Assembly (NCBI RefSeq): GCF_008000775.2
Contig: NZ_CP042905.2
Location: 2,400,001 to 2,432,000 of the forward strand
Reading direction: 5' to 3'
Length of the DNA: 32,000 nucleotides
DNA from: Promethearchaeum syntrophicum
Lineage (GTDB): Archaea > Asgardarchaeota > Lokiarchaeia > Sigyniarchaeales > Promethearchaeaceae
This document shows positions 1-8,371 of the stretch, one piece after another. The translations under genes were made by a program, and so were the position numbers. Each line of letters starts with the position of its first letter. The stretch's first letter is position 1. The notes below the pieces were generated by a model. The model searched no databases, was not told the DNA's origin, and worked only from the letters and a program-made list of their open reading frames with translations.

Positions 1-1
1 A

Positions 2-214
2 CCAGAAGTTATTATTAAAATTGTACCAGAAAAACTCTCAACTAAATCAAATTCTTCACAAAAACTAAAAACACGAAGTCATTATACATCAAGTAAAACT
101 TCAAATAATCAATTTGATAAGAAAAGAAGAAATCCTAAATTTAATAATAAGAAAAAGAAAAAGAAACAATTTTATTCAAAGAATCGACAGAAGATATCAT
201 CTTCTGCGAAATAA
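2..214 (+). CDS. C-terminal end of a protein with a strongly basic, Lys/Asn/Ser-rich tail (5' truncated by window edge)
   Basis: Open frame from position 2 to TAA at 212-214, translating PEVIIKIVPEKLSTKSNSSQKLKTRSHYTSSKTSNNQFDKKRRNPKFNNKKKKKKQFYSKNRQKISSSAK*. Not in the ORF track because its start is outside the window. Confidence 0.55.
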   Translation, partial: PEVIIKIVPEKLSTKSNSSQKLKTRSHYTSSKTSNNQFDKKRRNPKFNNKKKKKKQFYSKNRQKISSSAK

Positions 215-249
215 TTTTTTTAGCTTTTCCTAAGATGTTTGAAAGCGTT

Positions 250-2043
250 TTAAGAAGATTGATCTCTTTTTCTTCTTTGCGAAACATAAAAGCGCGCTGC
301 TTTATTTATATCATCATCATTTAAGCTTTTCTTGTTTAATCTGATTCTTAGTTGCTCAACAAATTTTCGACATAAAGTAATCGAAAGAGATTCGCCTAAA
401 TTCCTGATTTCTTCCCCGAGTTTTTCCGCTTCAATTGAAATTGGAGTAATTTCCACTTTAGGTTGCAAAATGAAATCTCCTAACGGATTTTTCTCCACTT
501 TACTTGAAACTGGCTTAATTTTTCTGATTTCCGCTTTGGTTTGAGCGCGTACACCTTTACTAATTAAGGGAGACCGTTCTAGCGTAAGTTTTTTCTCTCT
601 TGTTTGACCAGATTTGTAATTTGATAAAGAACTTTCTAAAAATTTCTCTTTCATTTCAATCCGAGAAGAATCAGAGGTTCCATTCAATCTATCTATGTTA
701 ATTGGTGCGATTTTATGTGTTTTTATTTCAAAATCTTTAATTGGCGCCCCAGGAGGCATTTCTTTAATTGAATTATCTTTCTTGGTTATCAAATCACTAA
801 AAAATGGATTTTTTTGATCCAATTTAGAAAATGTGGGGTCATTTTTTCTTTTAATCGAATCAAGGTTAGAAACGGGCAATTTTTTAATCTTTGGGACCCC
901 AATTTTATCTCCAGGTAATTGATTTACCCCTCTAAAATCTTTAAATTGGACTTTTTCAGGAGCTTTAAACATATCCTTTTCCAATTTTTTCTTATCTAAT
1001 TGTAATTGCAATTTTTCTTCTAATTCTTTAATTTTATTTTGAAATACTTCTAAATATGCAAATTCTTGATAAATTTCACAAATTCCTATCAATTCTCTTA
1101 GAAGTTCTATCCCTTCTGTATATTTTTCTTCTGCTACAAAATTATTCGCTTCTATAAGTTTTTTTCTAAATTCTTGGGGAAGGGATTCCTTTAAACCAAG
1201 TATTTTGGTAAAAATCATTGATAAATTTCCTAAAACATTTTGATCAATAAGATTTATATCAAAAATTTCTACATCCTTTAAATAAACATGCCTTTCCTTT
1301 AAAGCAGAAGAAGATACGAAATTTTGATTATCAGCATGGGTTAGTATAATCGCCCAATTACTATATTTTCCTTCTCTTCGCTTTAAATTGATGAAAAATT
1401 TGATTTTTTCATCATTAAAATTTGAACCATCAATAATAAAAAATATTACATCAGATCCTCTCGTAAAATTATTCCAAAGAGGGGAAAAATCATCTCTTGC
1501 TATGAAATCCCAGAGATCAAAGAAAATATTGCCCATCTTAATCTTGTAATAAAAAGCAAAATCCATAATTTTATGACCATGAGATTTATCTTCTTGATTC
1601 AATATATTTACAATCGTAGATTTACCAGATCCTACTGGTCCAATCATGGTTATTTTAGGATGTAGGTAATAATGAGTTTCTTTTATGAAAATCGTGAATT
1701 CCTCTTTTTCTGGGGAAATTTCTTTAATTTTCTTTGGGTCTGGGAAATTTTTAAGAAATAATTTTGAAGCTCTCTCCACTTCTTTGGCAATTAATTTAGG
1801 TCTATCAGCCATATCTGTTACAAATAAAAAGAAAACGCCATTAGCGTAAACGAAATGCGTTTGGAAATCAAGTAAAGATTTGTTAAGAATTTTTCCTTCA
1901 ACTGGATTCGTAATATAGGATAGAAGTCTCTTTTTTAGTACTATTTCCAAAGCTTCCTTATCAAAAGCTTTAGCGAAGAAATATTGGAATACAATTTCAT
2001 TATCATAATATATAAAGACTTGTCTTAACATTTTTATCATCAA
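250..2043 (-). CDS. Longin-like N-terminal domain fused to a divergent Arf/Gtr-like small GTPase domain, with a long helical/charged C-terminal extension
   Basis: N-terminus (..LLDFQTHFVYANGVFFLFVTDMADRPKLIAKEVERASKLFLKNFPDP) resembles longin/adaptin-sigma folds. P-loop GPVGSGKST. Arf-like switch II equivalent FDLWDFIARDDFSPLW...SDVIFFIIDGSNF. G4-like THAD. Confidence 0.7.
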   Translation of the reverse strand: MMIKMLRQVFIYYDNEIVFQYFFAKAFDKEALEIVLKKRLLSYITNPVEGKILNKSLLDFQTHFVYANGVFFLFVTDMADRPKLIAKEVERASKLFLKNFPDPKKIKEISPEKEEFTIFIKETHYYLHPKITMIGPVGSGKSTIVNILNQEDKSHGHKIMDFAFYYKIKMGNIFFDLWDFIARDDFSPLWNNFTRGSDVIFFIIDGSNFNDEKIKFFINLKRREGKYSNWAIILTHADNQNFVSSSALKERHVYLKDVEIFDINLIDQNVLGNLSMIFTKILGLKESLPQEFRKKLIEANNFVAEEKYTEGIELLRELIGICEIYQEFAYLEVFQNKIKELEEKLQLQLDKKKLEKDMFKAPEKVQFKDFRGVNQLPGDKIGVPKIKKLPVSNLDSIKRKNDPTFSKLDQKNPFFSDLITKKDNSIKEMPPGAPIKDFEIKTHKIAPINIDRLNGTSDSSRIEMKEKFLESSLSNYKSGQTREKKLTLERSPLISKGVRAQTKAEIRKIKPVSSKVEKNPLGDFILQPKVEITPISIEAEKLGEEIRNLGESLSITLCRKFVEQLRIRLNKKSLNDDDINKAARFYVSQRRKRDQSS

Positions 2044-3458
2044 ATATGCGTTTTTTTTAACCTCGAAAGTGTTTGGCGTACGGCATCGATCCTTATGTCT
2101 TCAGCAGATATACTTTTAAGTAAATTTTCTGTTAAAGAGTATGCATCTTCAATTAAATGCATTTCTTCGAGTAGTTCGATAAGTTGTAATGAATGATCTG
2201 TGTTTAGTTGTTCAATTTCATTTTGTACTAACGCTTTTTCTAATATTTCCATTTCTTCATCAGTAACGACTATATCTTCATCAGTAAATTCTTCTTCTTC
2301 ATCAGGAATTTCTTCTTCTTCATCAGGAATTTCTCCTTCTTCATCAGAAACTTCTCTTTCTTCATCAGAAACTTCTCTTTCTTCATCAGAAACTTCTCTT
2401 TCTTCATCAGAAACTTCTCCCTCTTCTTCAGAACCTTCTTTTTTTAATACATGAATTATTTCTTTTTTAGGTTGCTCATAACCAAAAATATATTTCTGTA
2501 TTTCATCTCTAATTAAAAATTTTAAAGCTTCAGGTATATTTAATTCGTTTTTTGAAAAGGAACGAACTAATCCTTTAAATCCTTGTAAAATTGCATAGGG
2601 TTCTGTGTATTCAGAAATTCCTTGTAAAATTTCCTTTAAAAATATAACAGAATCATCATCATTTGCTCGAATAGATGAGTTAAATAATGTAATTAGACCT
2701 TGTTCTCGCAGAAATTTACTTTTGATGCTTGATACAATACTTTCTTGAGCAAATTTTATCAATTCGTTAAAATTTTGATTTGGAATTTTTTCAATTATAT
2801 CCGAAATAAATAATATTACTGTATTTTTTAATCTGTCATCATTTCTTGCTACTCCCGATGTATAATTGATTATTATATAGCGTATCCGTTCTATTCCTTC
2901 ATCGATTTTTGGAGGATCTTCAGTTAAAAGATAGAAAGTGCTTTCTAAAATCGATAATATTTTATCTTGGCTATCAATTTGGAATGGAATGTATTTAATC
3001 AATTCTGGTTGAGGTCCACCAGTAGGCTTTTTCATTTTTTTACTTCTTTTACTTTTTCCTGATTTTTTTGAAGGTTCTTTTGAGGTACTGCTTTTAGTTT
3101 TAACCAATGTTAATTCCTGAATTTGAAATTCTTGAATTGGTTGAAAAATAATTCTGGAATCTTGTTCCCAGCAAGCAAAGATTTGATTTTCAGTTAATTT
3201 TTCTCGGATTTTTTTTGGAACTGTTATACTACCACTTTTAGTAAGCTTAATTATCTCTACTGGTTGAGTTGGAAGATTTACTTTAGCAACTGGAATTTCA
3301 TTTTCTTCTTTTTTGACTTCCGATTCTGGTTTTTCTGCTGATGCTGGTTTATCCACTGTTTCTATTTTGTTTTTATTTGGTTTTTCACTTTGTATGGTCG
3401 ATGCATTTTCTTGATTTTTTTCTTTTTCTACAAAGTTATCAGCAATTTTTTCTCCCAT
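2040..3458 (-). CDS. SpoVT/AbrB-like domain protein with helical solenoid-like middle region and acidic tandem repeats
   Basis: Motif VEIIKLTKSGSITVPKKIREKL is typical of AbrB/SpoVT swapped-hairpin domains. Helical middle region. (E)VSDEERE/IPDEEEE heptad repeats. The stop overlaps the downstream start (ATGA at 2040-2043). Confidence 0.65.
   Translation of the reverse strand: MGEKIADNFVEKEKNQENASTIQSEKPNKNKIETVDKPASAEKPESEVKKEENEIPVAKVNLPTQPVEIIKLTKSGSITVPKKIREKLTENQIFACWEQDSRIIFQPIQEFQIQELTLVKTKSSTSKEPSKKSGKSKRSKKMKKPTGGPQPELIKYIPFQIDSQDKILSILESTFYLLTEDPPKIDEGIERIRYIIINYTSGVARNDDRLKNTVILFISDIIEKIPNQNFNELIKFAQESIVSSIKSKFLREQGLITLFNSSIRANDDDSVIFLKEILQGISEYTEPYAILQGFKGLVRSFSKNELNIPEALKFLIRDEIQKYIFGYEQPKKEIIHVLKKEGSEEEGEVSDEEREVSDEEREVSDEEREVSDEEGEIPDEEEEIPDEEEEFTDEDIVVTDEEMEILEKALVQNEIEQLNTDHSLQLIELLEEMHLIEDAYSLTENLLKSISAEDIRIDAVRQTLSRLKKTHI
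2291..2430 (-). repeat. Tandem 21-nt repeat within CDS encoding a 7-aa acidic unit (VSDEERE / IPDEEEE)
   Basis: The string ttcatcag recurs at 2298, 2319, 2340, 2361, 2382 and 2403, exactly 21 nt apart, with a degenerate copy near 2424. The copies from 2340 to 2420 are almost identical. Confidence 0.9.
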
Positions 3459-3522
3459 ATTTCAAATATTTAAACTATTTCCCAAAAAGTTTTTTGTATT
3501 TAAACTATAACTATAATTAAAC

Positions 3523-4512
3523 ATGGGCTTTAGTGAAGAGGATTTAGTAAATTATTTTTCTAAAGGAAAAAATTATGTCCCCAAAGAAGCCATGAAAAAG
3601 CTAAATCAATTGTTATTTAAAGAGTTAGGTGAATATTGTCAAGTCTGCGAAGAGGATCGAATGATTTGTGTATTATCTCCAATGTGTCCTAGGCGAATAT
3701 TACTTAAAGTTCGAATTCAATCAGGAGCTAATAAGGATGATCTTCCCAAATTTTGTTATTCCCAAGCAGTAAATAATTTGAAGAGATATATGAAAAAATT
3801 AACAACTCTCTATAAACCAGTTGATGAACTTGTTTATAATAAAGATTTCATAGATATTATGTTTCCCAAATTATATGATAAATTTGTATCATATTTTAAC
3901 ACCGATATTGATAGAATTCATCAATTAATTGAAAGCAGTAAAGTTCCTGCAGAAAAATTCGATATCAATAGTTTAGATAATCAAATATTTCGAAAGATTA
4001 TAAACCAAAATAAACTAATCCGAGAAGGAACGTTTATTTATCATATAACCGAGAATTTATTACTAATATGGTATGAAGAAGCGATATTTATAAGTGATTT
4101 TTCCGATGACTCACATCTCACCATATGTAATGCAAAATATGATGTCATTGTGAATTTGAAGATTATTCAAATTGTTTTTCAAATTTATTGTGCACAATAT
4201 GGAATCATTGGTCATTCAATTTTAAACAGCCCTAATCAAATTTCACTTGAAATGAAAGTCCCAAACTCAGAAATATCTCAAGATCTATTAGACAATAACT
4301 CTGTATTTTTTTCAGAAATAATTATATTCCTTCAAGAATTCTTTTCTGAGATTGAAATATCCCAAGATTCGGATAATTTCATGAGATTTTCTATAATATA
4401 CCAAAATGTTGAACATTTTTTAAAAAGGAATATGCTTAAACCTTTAACATATAAATCAATTGAATCCATGATAGAAAAGATTAATGGATTAAAAATCGAT
4501 AAAATAAAGTAA
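3523..4512 (+). CDS. Hypothetical protein with N-terminal CX2CX6CX5C cluster (NreA-like zinc-finger pattern)
   Basis: ORF of 329 aa. EYCQVCEEDRMICVLSPMCPRR resembles the N-terminal cysteine cluster of archaeal Nre proteins. The rest is not recognised. Confidence 0.5.
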   Translation: MGFSEEDLVNYFSKGKNYVPKEAMKKLNQLLFKELGEYCQVCEEDRMICVLSPMCPRRILLKVRIQSGANKDDLPKFCYSQAVNNLKRYMKKLTTLYKPVDELVYNKDFIDIMFPKLYDKFVSYFNTDIDRIHQLIESSKVPAEKFDINSLDNQIFRKIINQNKLIREGTFIYHITENLLLIWYEEAIFISDFSDDSHLTICNAKYDVIVNLKIIQIVFQIYCAQYGIIGHSILNSPNQISLEMKVPNSEISQDLLDNNSVFFSEIIIFLQEFFSEIEISQDSDNFMRFSIIYQNVEHFLKRNMLKPLTYKSIESMIEKINGLKIDKIK

Positions 4513-4549
4513 TAATATATAAAAATAATACTGTAGGAGATAAATAATA

Positions 4550-5686
4550 ATGGGTCAAATAATGGAACAAATATTTGAATTTCTTGATAATCAAAAATAT
4601 AATGAGGCAATCCAATTAATTAAAGAGAACTTGGCTAAAAGAGATCCAGCATTCATCGAAGATCTGGTTCCGAGTTTGAATATTATAACAAGTAGTTCAA
4701 TCGAAGTTGCAGAATCTATTATGGCTCCCCTTTTAGGAATTTTAAACATTGATGATGATGTAATACGTTATTCAATTATACTTTCTATTAGAGATTTTGT
4801 AATAGAACATAAAGAGCTAATTTTCCCTTATGTTGAAGACTATTTAAAATATGGAACTCCAAAGAAAAGGGAAGGAATGTTATTACTTATCAAATACATT
4901 GCAGATACCGATCCAAAGGCATTAAAATCATTCTATAAATTACTCGCATACGAATTAAGTGATTCAATTGACTATATTCGTAAGAAAACCGTTGAAATTC
5001 TTCAAGCAATTGGTAAAGCGGATAGACACGAAATAGAAGCTTGCATTTTTGATTATTTAAAAGCGGAACAAGAAGAATCTGAAAAAAATATTGCTGATGA
5101 AGAATTATTGCTCGAAGCGGATAAAATTATGGCAAGTATTAAAGAATCCACCCAATTAAAACCTCAAGATAAGCTCGTAATTGATGTTGCAGATAAAATT
5201 CTTAAGAAAGGTGCAGATGGGGCTTCAAAACGTGCGGATAATGAGAAAATTACTCATGCTGCTGATACAGTCTTAAAAGATATCGTAGGTTTAAAAGCTT
5301 TGAATAAGGAAGAACTTGAAAAACGGCATTTAGAAGCTCAATCGAAAGCCATAAAAGAGAAATTATTGGAAGATAAGAAGAAGTTGGAGATTGAAAGGCT
5401 AGAATTAGAAGCTGAAAAGGAAAAAATCGATGAGGAACGTTTAAAACAAGAAAAATCTCATCTTGAAAAAGAGAAAACTTTGCTAGAGAAAAAAATGGAA
5501 TTATCTCAAGTCAAACAAGAACTTGAATTAAAAAAGATCGAAGAAGAAAAAATGAAAATAATTGAGGAAGAAGAAAGAAGAATTCAAGAAAAACTTAAAA
5601 AAAGTGAAGAATCAGAGGAATCAGAGGTATCAGAAGAAAATCATGAAGATACTGCGTCTAATAATAATCAAAACCATTTTGAATAA
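4550..5686 (+). CDS. HEAT/adaptin-like helical repeat protein with long coiled-coil C-terminus
   Basis: Helical repeats (IMAPLLGILNIDDDVIRYSIILSIRDFV..., SDSIDYIRKKTVEILQAIGKA) followed by a ~120-residue Glu/Lys/Leu-rich coiled coil. Confidence 0.65.
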   Translation: MGQIMEQIFEFLDNQKYNEAIQLIKENLAKRDPAFIEDLVPSLNIITSSSIEVAESIMAPLLGILNIDDDVIRYSIILSIRDFVIEHKELIFPYVEDYLKYGTPKKREGMLLLIKYIADTDPKALKSFYKLLAYELSDSIDYIRKKTVEILQAIGKADRHEIEACIFDYLKAEQEESEKNIADEELLLEADKIMASIKESTQLKPQDKLVIDVADKILKKGADGASKRADNEKITHAADTVLKDIVGLKALNKEELEKRHLEAQSKAIKEKLLEDKKKLEIERLELEAEKEKIDEERLKQEKSHLEKEKTLLEKKMELSQVKQELELKKIEEEKMKIIEEEERRIQEKLKKSEESEESEVSEENHEDTASNNNQNHFE

Positions 5687-5700
5687 AGGGGAAGAATAAA

Positions 5701-6999
5701 TTGAAAATTTCAAAAGGATGTATTTTAGCAGCAGGTAAAGGAACTAGATTATTACCCTTAACTGAAACGAAACCAAAACCACTCATTCCAATTGCAGGAA
5801 AACCATTACTTCAACATTCAATAGAAATGTTTCGGGAAAACAATATTACAAAAATCCTTTTAATAGTTGGTCATTACAAGGAAAAAATTGAAGAATTTTT
5901 TGGAAATGGCGCTGATTTTGGAGTCGAAATCTCGTATATAGAACAAAAGGAATTTTTGGGAACTGCTCATGCTACCAATCTTGCAAAAAATTTTGCTGAT
6001 CAAGATCCCTTCCTTCTTTTCTACGGAGATCAGTATATGGATTCACGCATTTTTGAAAAAATACTTGATGAGTTTTCTACAAATACATATGATGGGTTAA
6101 TTTCTGCTAAATATATGGAAGATCCGGAAAAATGGGGTATCTTAAAATCAAATAAAGAAGGATTTTTAGAAAACCTTATTGAAAAACCACCTGATAATCG
6201 ATATGGAAATCTAGCAAATGCAGGGGTATACATATTTAACCAAGATATCTTTGAGGGAATTGCTAACACAGAAAAATCTCTAAGAGGAGAATATGAATTA
6301 ACAGACTCGATTCAGTATTTAGTAGACAGAAATAAAAAAATAAAGATCGTAGATATTTCCAATTATTATTGGAATGGTGTTGGATATCCTTGGCAAATTC
6401 TTGAAACGAATCATCATATTATTTCAGAAATGAATACAGATTTAATTCATAGCAGTGTGGTAGAAGAAGGATCAGTGACTATCAAAGGAATTGTCGAGAT
6501 AGGAGAAAACACATTATTAAAAGCGGGAACTTATATCGAAGGTCCCTTGATTATCGGAAAAAACTGTGTTATAGGTCCAAATGCATATCTTCGTCCTTAT
6601 TCAACCATTGGTGATAATTGCAAAATCGGCAATTCTTCAGAGATTAAGGCATCTATAATAATGAATCATACAGCAGTGCCCCATCTTTCCTATGTTGGGG
6701 ATTCTATTATTGGAGAACATGTCAATTTAGGATGCGGTACAGTTACTGCAAATGTTCGCCTTGATAAGAAAAATATCTCCATGGAACTTAAAGGTAACTT
6801 AATTGAAACCCATAAAAGGAAATTAGGCGCATTTATTGGAGATTACGCAAGTATCGGAATAAATGTTAATATAATGCCAGGAAAATGCATAGGGTCTTAT
6901 TGTGAAATAGGCAGTAATACAATAATATCGAAAAACGTTCCCGCAAATTCATTGCTATTTACAAAACCAAAACAACAACAAATCCTAAGAAAAAAATAA
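5701..6999 (+). CDS. Bifunctional sugar-1-phosphate nucleotidylyltransferase with C-terminal left-handed beta-helix (GlmU-like / glucose-1-phosphate thymidylyltransferase-like)
   Basis: GCILAAGKGTRLLPLTETKPKPLIPIAGKPLL signature, then hexapeptide repeats (VIGPNAYLRPYSTIGDNCKIGNSSEIK...). TTG start codon, 14 nt after the upstream gene. Confidence 0.92.
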   Translation: MKISKGCILAAGKGTRLLPLTETKPKPLIPIAGKPLLQHSIEMFRENNITKILLIVGHYKEKIEEFFGNGADFGVEISYIEQKEFLGTAHATNLAKNFADQDPFLLFYGDQYMDSRIFEKILDEFSTNTYDGLISAKYMEDPEKWGILKSNKEGFLENLIEKPPDNRYGNLANAGVYIFNQDIFEGIANTEKSLRGEYELTDSIQYLVDRNKKIKIVDISNYYWNGVGYPWQILETNHHIISEMNTDLIHSSVVEEGSVTIKGIVEIGENTLLKAGTYIEGPLIIGKNCVIGPNAYLRPYSTIGDNCKIGNSSEIKASIIMNHTAVPHLSYVGDSIIGEHVNLGCGTVTANVRLDKKNISMELKGNLIETHKRKLGAFIGDYASIGINVNIMPGKCIGSYCEIGSNTIISKNVPANSLLFTKPKQQQILRKK

Positions 7000-7190
7000 A
7001 AATCAATAATTCAACACCAATTGGTTAATTTTTAGATATATAAATAGGAGGGGAATATCGGAGTGAAAGATTTCCATCATTGTTCTTAAGATTTAAATGG
7101 AAAAGAGATGAATTTCAATCTCAAAATAGTCACATTCTTTTTATTTACTTCTTTCCGCCTAAGAATCACTGAATAATTTTATAAATTAAG

Positions 7191-7997
7191 GTGAAAACGG
7201 TGACAATTAAATTACCCAAAATAGGTTTAGGAACTTGGCAATTAAAGAATAAAAAATGTCAAGATTCTGTATTGAAAGCTCTGGAAATTGGCTATCGGCT
7301 AGTTGACACAGCTCAAATGTATGGAAATGAAGAACAAGTCGGAAATGCACTAAGTGAAGGGACCGTGCCCCGCAATGAGATATTTCTTGCAACAAAGCTT
7401 TTCGTGAATGATTTATCTCCAAAAAAAGTAGCTAAAAAGACTCTGGAAAGCCTAAGTCGATTGAAAACCGAGTATCTTGATCTTCTCTATATTCATTGGC
7501 CTGCGGGAAAATACAATCCGAAGAAAACACTCTCAGCATTTGAAACATTGGTTGATGAAGGAAAGATTAAACATATCGGAATTTCAAATTTTACACCTAA
7601 ATTGATTGATGAAGCATTGCAGGTCATGAAAAAACCTATCTTTGCAAACCAAGTGGAAAACCACCCGCTGCTGAAGCAAGTTCCACTTCGCCAATATTTA
7701 AAAGAAAAAGAAATTAAGTTGGTTTCCTATTCTCCGCTTGCAAGGGGAAATGTAAGAGGTGTCCCGGAGCTGGAAGAAATCGCAAAGAATCACAACACAA
7801 ATCCATTTCAAGTGTCGATAGCCTGGGAAATCTCAAAAGGGGCGATCCCAATCCCAAAAGCTAGCAGTGAAGGGCATCTTCGGAACAATTTTGATGCCCA
7901 ATTTCTAACCCTCGATGCAGAAGAGATACAAAAAGTGGATTCTATCCAAACGGAAACCCGTTTTCTAAACCCCCCTTTCATTCGGCCCAAATGGTAA
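7191..7997 (+). CDS. Aldo/keto reductase (2,5-diketo-gluconate reductase-like)
   Basis: IGLGTWQLKN, GYRLVDTAQMYGNEEQVG, LLYIHWPAG, GISNFTPKLIDE, ANQVENHPLL. GTG start. Confidence 0.93.
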   Translation: MKTVTIKLPKIGLGTWQLKNKKCQDSVLKALEIGYRLVDTAQMYGNEEQVGNALSEGTVPRNEIFLATKLFVNDLSPKKVAKKTLESLSRLKTEYLDLLYIHWPAGKYNPKKTLSAFETLVDEGKIKHIGISNFTPKLIDEALQVMKKPIFANQVENHPLLKQVPLRQYLKEKEIKLVSYSPLARGNVRGVPELEEIAKNHNTNPFQVSIAWEISKGAIPIPKASSEGHLRNNFDAQFLTLDAEEIQKVDSIQTETRFLNPPFIRPKW

Positions 7998-8039
7998 AGT
8001 ATAGAGCGTAAATATTTTGGTATAATTCTCTTCAACCAT

Positions 8040-8191
8040 CTTTTTTTATTTTGAAGAAATAAATTCTTTCTGAATAAAGGACTTGTCATTGCTCTGAGAA
8101 GAGCTTCGTAGTTTATTTCAAAACTAACTTCAGTCCCAAGCTTAAAATCGTTGTTATTTGTATCGATAATTAAATAATCACTTGAACCTCC
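8040..8191 (-). pseudogene. Remnant of the C-terminus of an alanine/ornithine racemase-family PLP enzyme
   Basis: Minus-strand frame reads GGSSDYLIIDTNNNDFKLGTEVSFEINYEALLRAMTSPLFRKNLFLQNK, resembling the conserved C-terminal block (G-SSDHL--D--- --K-GD-V-F-LNYGALL-AMTSPYV-K). A stop lies immediately upstream (..R*FR-GGSSD). Confidence 0.5.
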
Positions 8192-8371
8192 GCGAAATTA
8201 CCGCGCTTTTTTTCTAGTATACAAATTTTAATTTTGGGTTTTGTCAATATTACGTCACATCTCCTTCCCTAATTAGATTTTTACAAATTGTGCGATATTA
8301 GGAAATTTCTAATTAAATTAAATAAAAAACAGAAAAAAAAATTTAAACAAAAAGATTTAGAGTTTCTCAAT

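Noticed and set aside
332-544. ORF of 70 aa on + strand
   Set aside because: Antisense within the longin-GTPase gene, no domain-like features.
2200-2454. ORF of 84 aa on + strand (Ser-rich repeats)
   Set aside because: It is antisense to the 21-nt acidic repeat of the AbrB-like gene; the low-complexity Ser runs are a by-product of the repeat.
4332-4610. Hydrophobic 92-aa minus-strand ORF
   Set aside because: Antisense to the end of the Cys-cluster gene and the start of the HEAT-like gene; its hydrophobicity follows from AT-rich antisense reading.
7808-8089. 93-aa minus-strand ORF
   Set aside because: Only its first ~15 codons (MTSPLFRKNLFLQNKK) look real, as the end of the racemase-like remnant; the rest is antisense to the aldo/keto reductase.
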